NCBI GenBank assembly: GCA_965652295.1
Contig: CBFGTS010000006.1
Location: forward strand, 160,001 to 224,000
Origin: an uncultured Haloferula sp.
GTDB taxonomy: Bacteria; Verrucomicrobiota; Verrucomicrobiia; Verrucomicrobiales; Akkermansiaceae
Direction: 5' to 3'
Length of the DNA stretch: 64,000 bases
The stretch's first letter is position 1. The number at the start of each line of letters is the position of its first letter. A model generated the notes under the pieces. The model had not been told where the DNA came from. It worked only from the letters and a program-made list of their open reading frames with translations, and searched no databases. A program made the position numbers and the translations under genes. Below are positions 59,301 through 64,000 of the stretch, in pieces.

Positions 59301-62300
59301 ACGCCGACGGCATCGATCGCCTCAACCTCGACGGCACCTACGACGCCGCCTTCCGCGCCAACGTCATCGCCCCCTTCGAGCCCTTCGCCACCTACAACAA
59401 CCTTGAGTTCGGACCGGGCGGAGAATTCTACCTCGCCGGCCGCGTCCAGCTTCCCGGCGTGGGCTATCGCAACCTCGTCAAACTCAACTCCAACGGCACC
59501 CTCGACCCCACCTGGAAGTTCACCTACGGCAACTCCACCTTCTCCAACATCGGCATCCAGCCGGATGGAAAACTCATCGTTCCCGGAAGCTCCAGCTCCA
59601 CGGTCATCCGACTGCTGCCGGACGGCTCCACGGACGCCGGTTTCACCCCCATCACCGGCGTCTGGAGCCAGACCTTCGGCGTCGCCGCCGATGGCTCGGT
59701 TTACATCGCCAGCGGCAACAACTCCAATGCCAAGCTCCGCCACTTCCTCCCGGACGGAACCCTCGACAGCGCTTTCAACGGCGGCATCGATCCCGCCGCG
59801 AACAACACCATCAGCTCCATCACGCCCCTGCCCGATGGCTCGATCGCCATCCACGGTTCTTTCACTACCTTCAACGGCGCTTCCGCCGACCGGCCCTACC
59901 TGCTGACCGCCCAGAAGCAAGGCATCATCATCACCAGCCAGCCGCTGTCGCAAGCCGTCGATCCCGGTGACGACGTCTCGCTCCAGGTCGTCGCGACCTC
60001 CGTCACGCCGCTCACCTACCAGTGGTCCAAGAACGGCTCGCCGCTCCCCGGCGAAACGCTGCCGACCCTCCAGCTCGATGCCGTCGATACCTCCGACACC
60101 GCCGGCTACTCCGTCAAAGTCACGGCCGGCCCCCTTTCGGCCACCTCGGAAACCGCCTCGCTCACCGTCCGGGACGAACCCGTCGTGCTCGCCACGCCCG
60201 ACGACCTCACGCTGCTTCTCGGCAACCCGCTGGAACTCACCATCGATTGGGTCGGCCTGACTCCGGCCACCTTCGAGTGGTTCCGCAACGGCTCGCCGGT
60301 CGGCGGCCAGGACACCGCCACCCTTTCCATCCCCTCGCCCACCGCGGGCGACTCCGGCCTCTACACACTGCGCATCACCAACTCGCTCGGCCACACCACC
60401 AGCCACCCCGTGGTCGTCAACATCGTCCCCGACCCCGCCGCCATCGCCGCAGGCTACGTCCCCGCCACCGCCGGCAGCCCACAGGTCTCTGGCATCACTC
60501 CCGCGCCGGACGGTGCCTATGTCCACCACGAGTTTTCCACCATCACCCACCCCTCCGGAACCTATAACTCCGTCCTCGAACGCATCGACCTGAACGGCAA
60601 CATCGCCGAGCCCTTCGCCTCCACGCCCAACACCAACCTCAACAGGGTTTACCGTGATGCATCGACCGGCGACCTCTACCTCTACGGCCAGAGTCTGTTC
60701 CTCGATGGCATCCCCAGCCTCAGCCTCGCCCGCATCGCCGCCGACGGCACGGTCGACACCGCCTTCACCGCCGCCGCCACCGCCGCGCTGAACAGCATCG
60801 GCGTGAATCCCTTCGGCGTCGGCCTCGATGCCGACGGACGCGTCCTCGTCGGCGGCATCACCCACCTCGTCCGTCTCAACTCCGACGGCACCCTGCACGC
60901 CAACCTCAGCTCCGCCGTCAGCGATCTCTCCTTCATTCATCAAATGGAGATCGTCGAGGACGGGAAGATCCTCCTCGTCGCCAACCAAGGCATGCGCCGG
61001 GTGCTTCCCGATGGCACCATCGACCCCACCTTTACCATGCCGGCGCTCGGGGTCGGCGCCTCGTTCAGCCAATTCGAACTCGAACCGAACGGCAACATCA
61101 TCCTGCCCTTCGGCGGCTTCACCGGGCAGGCGATCTTCCGCCTTTCGCCCGAGGGCTCCCTGCTCGAAACCCTCGACTTCCCCTATTCCACCTACGGCAC
61201 TCTCCACCAGTTGAAGGTCACCCCGTCCGGCAAGTTCCTCATCGCGCACAGTACCGGCACAAAGCTCACCCGCCTCAACCCCGACGGCACGCCCGACCCA
61301 CAATTTTCCCTCACCACCGGCTTCGGCAACAGCCTCAGCACCATCGCCCTCGGCCCCGATGGCAGCTACTGGGCCGGCGGCTCCTTCACCACCTTCGAGG
61401 GCGCGAACGTCCGTGGCCTCGTCCGCCTGAATGGCGAGCCACTTGACGTCGTCATCTCCACCCAGCCCACCCCGCAGATCACCGACGCCGGGGAAACCGC
61501 CGCGTTCTCCGTCTCCGCCACCGCCTCCGGTGGGGCCACCCTTTCCTACCTCTGGCGCAGGGACGGCGTCCCGCTCGAAAACGGCGGCAAGATCTCCGGT
61601 GCCACCACCGCCACGCTCACGATCACCGATAGCCAGGACGCCGATGAAGGCAGCTACGACGTCATCGTCACCAACACCGTCACCGGCCGCCCTTACCTGT
61701 CCAACCCCGTCAACCTCACCGTCCTCCGCGAGCCCGAGTTCCTCGTCACCCCCGCCGCGCAGAACCTCGAAGTCGGCGATTCCCTGACCCTTTCCATCGA
61801 AGCCCGCGGTGCCGGCACCCTCGGCTACCAGTGGCTCCGCAATGGCGATCCCATCTTCGGGGAAAACGCCGCCACCCTCACCATCTCGCCGGCCAAGGAG
61901 CAGGACAGCGGCACCTACACCGTGGAAATCAGCAACGCCTACGGCACCTTCAGCTCCATCGACATCCCCGTCGTCGTCACGCTTCCCGCCGGAGGCATCC
62001 GCTACACCACGCCGCAGCTCACCTTCGGCAGCACCGTCGCCGCCGTCCTCCCGCTGCCCGACGGCCGCACCCTCGTCGGCGGCTATTTCACCAACGTCAT
62101 CGCCAACTCCACCAACCACAACATCAGTGAACTCGCCCTGCTCGACGTGGACGGCAACCTCGTCACCACCTTCGATCTGAATCCGAGCAGCAGCGTCGAT
62201 GCCCTCGCCCTCATGCCCGATGGCGGCGTCCTCGTCGGCGGCAACTTCACCTTCATCGGCGGCGTCTCCCGCAACCGCATCGCCCGCCTGAATCCCGACC

Positions 62301-64000
62301 TCACGCTCGACACCGACTGGACCGCCGACGCCGGAGCCAACAACCGCATCAACGTCATCGAGCCCGCCCCCACCGGCTACTATGTCGGGGGTAGTTTCAC
62401 CTCCTTCAATGGCGACACCCTCCTCGCCCACCTCTGCCGCATCCTCCCCGACGGTTCGCCCGATCCCGGGTTCCTCCCCCATGCCCCCCTCGGCATCATT
62501 TACGACCTCCAGCGCGATGGCGACGGCGTCCTCGCCGGCGGAAACATGACCGTCGCCAACGCCGACACCGCCAACAACCAGATCGGCATCGTCCGCCTCC
62601 ATGGCGATGGCTCCCACGACACCGGCTTCGTCTCCACAATGGCCTTCGGCACCACCGTCTACAGCATCGCCGCCCTGCCGGATGGCAAATGGCTCGCCGG
62701 CGGCACCTCGGGCCGCCTCCAGCGCTTCCTGCCGGACGGCACTACCGATTCCACCTGGCTCGCCTCCGCCAACCAGACGATCCGCTCCATCGCCGTCCAA
62801 CCCGATGGCCTCATCGTGATCGGCGGCAATTTCACCACCCTCGCCGGCACCTCCGTCAACCGCATCGGCCGCCTCTTCCCCAACGGCTCGCCCGATGCCT
62901 CCTTCGCTCAGGGCGCGGGAGCCGATGGCGAGATCAACGTCATCGCCCGGGACGCGCTCGGCGGTCTTCACATCGGCGGCAGCTTCAACAACTACCGCTC
63001 CCAGCAACGCGGCCGCTACGCCCGCCTCAACGGCACCCCCGTTTCCATCGGCATTGCCATCCAACCCGTCGCCCAGATCGTCAACCCCGGCGACACCGCA
63101 CAGTTCAGCATCACCGCCGTCGCCACCGAGACCATCAGCTACCAATGGCGGAAAAATGGCACCCCCCTCAGCAACGGCGGCGATTTCTCCGGCGTGACGA
63201 CCGCCACCCTCACCATCGCCAACGTCGAGGACACCGACGAGGCCGGCTACGACGTCGTCGTCACCCACAACGGCGACGCCACCGCCATCACCTCCGCCTC
63301 CGCCGAACTCGTCGTCCTCGGCGCGCCCGAGATCCTCACCCCGCCCGCCGCCGTCACCACCGAGGCCGGACTTTCCGCCACCTTCCGCGTCAATGCCCGC
63401 GGCGTCGCCCCCCTCACCTACCAATGGTATCGCGGAAACACCCTGCTCAGCGATGAGACCGGCATCGCCGGTACATCTACGGCGGAACTCGTACTTTCCG
63501 GCCTCGCCGTTGCCGACAGCGGCGACATCAAGGTCCGCGTCACCAACCCGCTGGGCTTCGACGAAAGCAGCCCCGTCGCCCTGCTCGTCGAGAAGCTCCC
63601 CGCCGCCCGCGATCGCTCGATCGTCCTCCCCGTCAACGTGAACACCACCATCAACGACGTGATCCCCTTCGCCGACGGCAGCTACCTCATCGGTGGCAAC
63701 TTCACCTCCGTCTCCCACACCACCGGCAGCGCCAGCCGCCGCTACCTCGCCAGGTTCCATGCCGATGGCTCGCTCGATTCCGACATCCCCCAGATCAGCG
63801 GCAGTGGCACGGTCGAGATCCTCGCCCTCGCTCCCGATGGCAAGATCTACATCGGCGGCGGCTTCACCACCCTCAGCACCCCGGGAGGAAACATCAGCCG
63901 CACCCGCATCGCGCGACTCAACTCCGACCTCTCGCTCGACACCACCTTCGCCGTCGAAGGCACCGGCCCGAACTCCGCGGTGAAATGCATCCTCCCCCTC
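56375..64000 (+). CDS. Giant secreted surface protein with delta-60 repeat blocks, Calx-beta and Ig-like domains (partial, continues past the window)
   Basis: ATG 56375 MIRSLIFLAALAAIAPA signal peptide; same frame reads as protein at every point checked to the window end (2542 codons); repeated QPDG[RK]I / RLNPDG[ST]LD..F and YQW.KNG...D.G.Y motifs. Confidence 0.93.
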   Translation, partial: MIRSLIFLAALAAIAPAAPDTVDTTFASTAGQVFTPNHYGGVASLLVQPDGRILFGSNEIPGTVGGNPLRLPLIRFNPDGSVDNTFFADNEPNGSDGGIYYDGQGWSEVHSLGLLSDGKIVAAGVMQGVRTGTVSSPGTFLQSNSIVRFNADGTIDTSFQTAGTIGWPTGGLNFIDEVTIQPDDKIIAVGGFGGFRDSLALPSVARHGIARLNVDGSLDTSFQINPSEFGVPTGASLVRGWFQQASLDASGRVLVVGGFEWGPSFPPAGSVEVLARLNPDGSRDTSFSPVLPADLAGFRNVVVEPSGRITVVASRTNDQTWMGRFLPDGTPDATFVLDPSLTTFSARPLRVDAAGRYLVATRSASGAYDRLVRILPDGSLDTAFEALATYVNGPSGSGPGYFGTFDTAPSGKIYSGSFFDRVNGEETVKLVAFEGDYSPSATGQIRLAATAVSAAEQDGMIRVAVTRDGGVAGIATVQFATSPGTANSTDFTLTAGTLTWPAGTGGSQFIEIPITQDSIAEGSEPFTLVLSNATGATISGASVATATIIDSNSPPIITRQPQTLFVPPGSPFTLNVGVVSGAGPVTYQWFKNGNLLSGATAPVYSIPSADAAAHNGNYTVTVTNPNGSTPSAAAGVTVKNPAILGFTSPTATAVENDGTLTLTLQRAGSNVGAVSVDVSLVDGTATSPADFTAATTTVSWADGDTADKTIAITLTNDAAAESPETFQVILENLSLDAIFGGATTVVTLLDDDSGPAITTPLASMRAVTGWNAAFSVGVQSQTTVSYEWFKDGESLPGETGATLSFEPVTLADFGYYSVEATNTAGTVTSGPVELGARPNPLDRVALDLSVSSNQFSGISARPAGGYLIYGAFTSVPTSGGTVSISRVMRTHPDGSLDTTFSPAPNSTVTHALELSDGSTILGGGFSQIGVVSVSGPLVKLLPDGSVDPDFSSNLPAGIGSLRDLEIGPDGRIYVTHADGIDRLNLDGTYDAAFRANVIAPFEPFATYNNLEFGPGGEFYLAGRVQLPGVGYRNLVKLNSNGTLDPTWKFTYGNSTFSNIGIQPDGKLIVPGSSSSTVIRLLPDGSTDAGFTPITGVWSQTFGVAADGSVYIASGNNSNAKLRHFLPDGTLDSAFNGGIDPAANNTISSITPLPDGSIAIHGSFTTFNGASADRPYLLTAQKQGIIITSQPLSQAVDPGDDVSLQVVATSVTPLTYQWSKNGSPLPGETLPTLQLDAVDTSDTAGYSVKVTAGPLSATSETASLTVRDEPVVLATPDDLTLLLGNPLELTIDWVGLTPATFEWFRNGSPVGGQDTATLSIPSPTAGDSGLYTLRITNSLGHTTSHPVVVNIVPDPAAIAAGYVPATAGSPQVSGITPAPDGAYVHHEFSTITHPSGTYNSVLERIDLNGNIAEPFASTPNTNLNRVYRDASTGDLYLYGQSLFLDGIPSLSLARIAADGTVDTAFTAAATAALNSIGVNPFGVGLDADGRVLVGGITHLVRLNSDGTLHANLSSAVSDLSFIHQMEIVEDGKILLVANQGMRRVLPDGTIDPTFTMPALGVGASFSQFELEPNGNIILPFGGFTGQAIFRLSPEGSLLETLDFPYSTYGTLHQLKVTPSGKFLIAHSTGTKLTRLNPDGTPDPQFSLTTGFGNSLSTIALGPDGSYWAGGSFTTFEGANVRGLVRLNGEPLDVVISTQPTPQITDAGETAAFSVSATASGGATLSYLWRRDGVPLENGGKISGATTATLTITDSQDADEGSYDVIVTNTVTGRPYLSNPVNLTVLREPEFLVTPAAQNLEVGDSLTLSIEARGAGTLGYQWLRNGDPIFGENAATLTISPAKEQDSGTYTVEISNAYGTFSSIDIPVVVTLPAGGIRYTTPQLTFGSTVAAVLPLPDGRTLVGGYFTNVIANSTNHNISELALLDVDGNLVTTFDLNPSSSVDALALMPDGGVLVGGNFTFIGGVSRNRIARLNPDLTLDTDWTADAGANNRINVIEPAPTGYYVGGSFTSFNGDTLLAHLCRILPDGSPDPGFLPHAPLGIIYDLQRDGDGVLAGGNMTVANADTANNQIGIVRLHGDGSHDTGFVSTMAFGTTVYSIAALPDGKWLAGGTSGRLQRFLPDGTTDSTWLASANQTIRSIAVQPDGLIVIGGNFTTLAGTSVNRIGRLFPNGSPDASFAQGAGADGEINVIARDALGGLHIGGSFNNYRSQQRGRYARLNGTPVSIGIAIQPVAQIVNPGDTAQFSITAVATETISYQWRKNGTPLSNGGDFSGVTTATLTIANVEDTDEAGYDVVVTHNGDATAITSASAELVVLGAPEILTPPAAVTTEAGLSATFRVNARGVAPLTYQWYRGNTLLSDETGIAGTSTAELVLSGLAVADSGDIKVRVTNPLGFDESSPVALLVEKLPAARDRSIVLPVNVNTTINDVIPFADGSYLIGGNFTSVSHTTGSASRRYLARFHADGSLDSDIPQISGSGTVEILALAPDGKIYIGGGFTTLSTPGGNISRTRIARLNSDLSLDTTFAVEGTGPNSAVKCILPL

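Noticed and set aside
58082..63760. 1892-aa minus-strand ORF
   Set aside because: Antisense shadow of the giant plus-strand gene, which has a signal peptide and recognisable repeats.

Overview
64 kb of GC-rich bacterial chromosome. Gene content and style (PEP-CTERM protein, fused ccoNO, DUF5069-like and delta-60/Ig giant protein, PBP1A with P[KR]AxP[VI] tail repeats) suggest a Verrucomicrobiaceae member such as Haloferula/Luteolibacter (inference). From left to right: end of a sugar-utilisation locus (TRAP transporter, tandem class II aldolase, GH2); a general-stress islet (SodC, YciF, two PilT ATPases, OsmC and others); xerD; AKR-DAGK-phosphoesterase; an orphan Xre/MbcA-type antitoxin behind a tRNA-3'-end-like fragment; an fdx-dciA-(HAD-Nudix)-folB-arsC-like operon; hemQ/chdC; a pair of PDZ trypsin-fold proteins; a pair of class A PBPs; leuC-traB-leuD; DAHP synthase; a REP doublet; M29 peptidase plus stand-alone OvoA-type methyltransferase; a cbb3 oxidase cluster; PIN-PhoH; menE/C/A/B/H interleaved with secreted proteins; a four-gene phosphorelay coupled to menH; a GSDH-family protein; and a giant (>2,540 aa) surface protein that runs off the right edge and is absent from the ORF track. 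No complete tRNA, rRNA, CRISPR array or transposase was seen. Best leads: a HAD-Nudix fusion coupled to folB (candidate for both pterin dephosphorylation steps of folate synthesis), a split-sensor phosphorelay with a degenerate sigma54-type activator fused to the men operon, a Lys/Asp/Cys trypsin-fold protein paired with a canonical protease, and a ~130-nt structured RNA candidate upstream of xerD. All functional calls come from motif recognition by eye; no searches were run.
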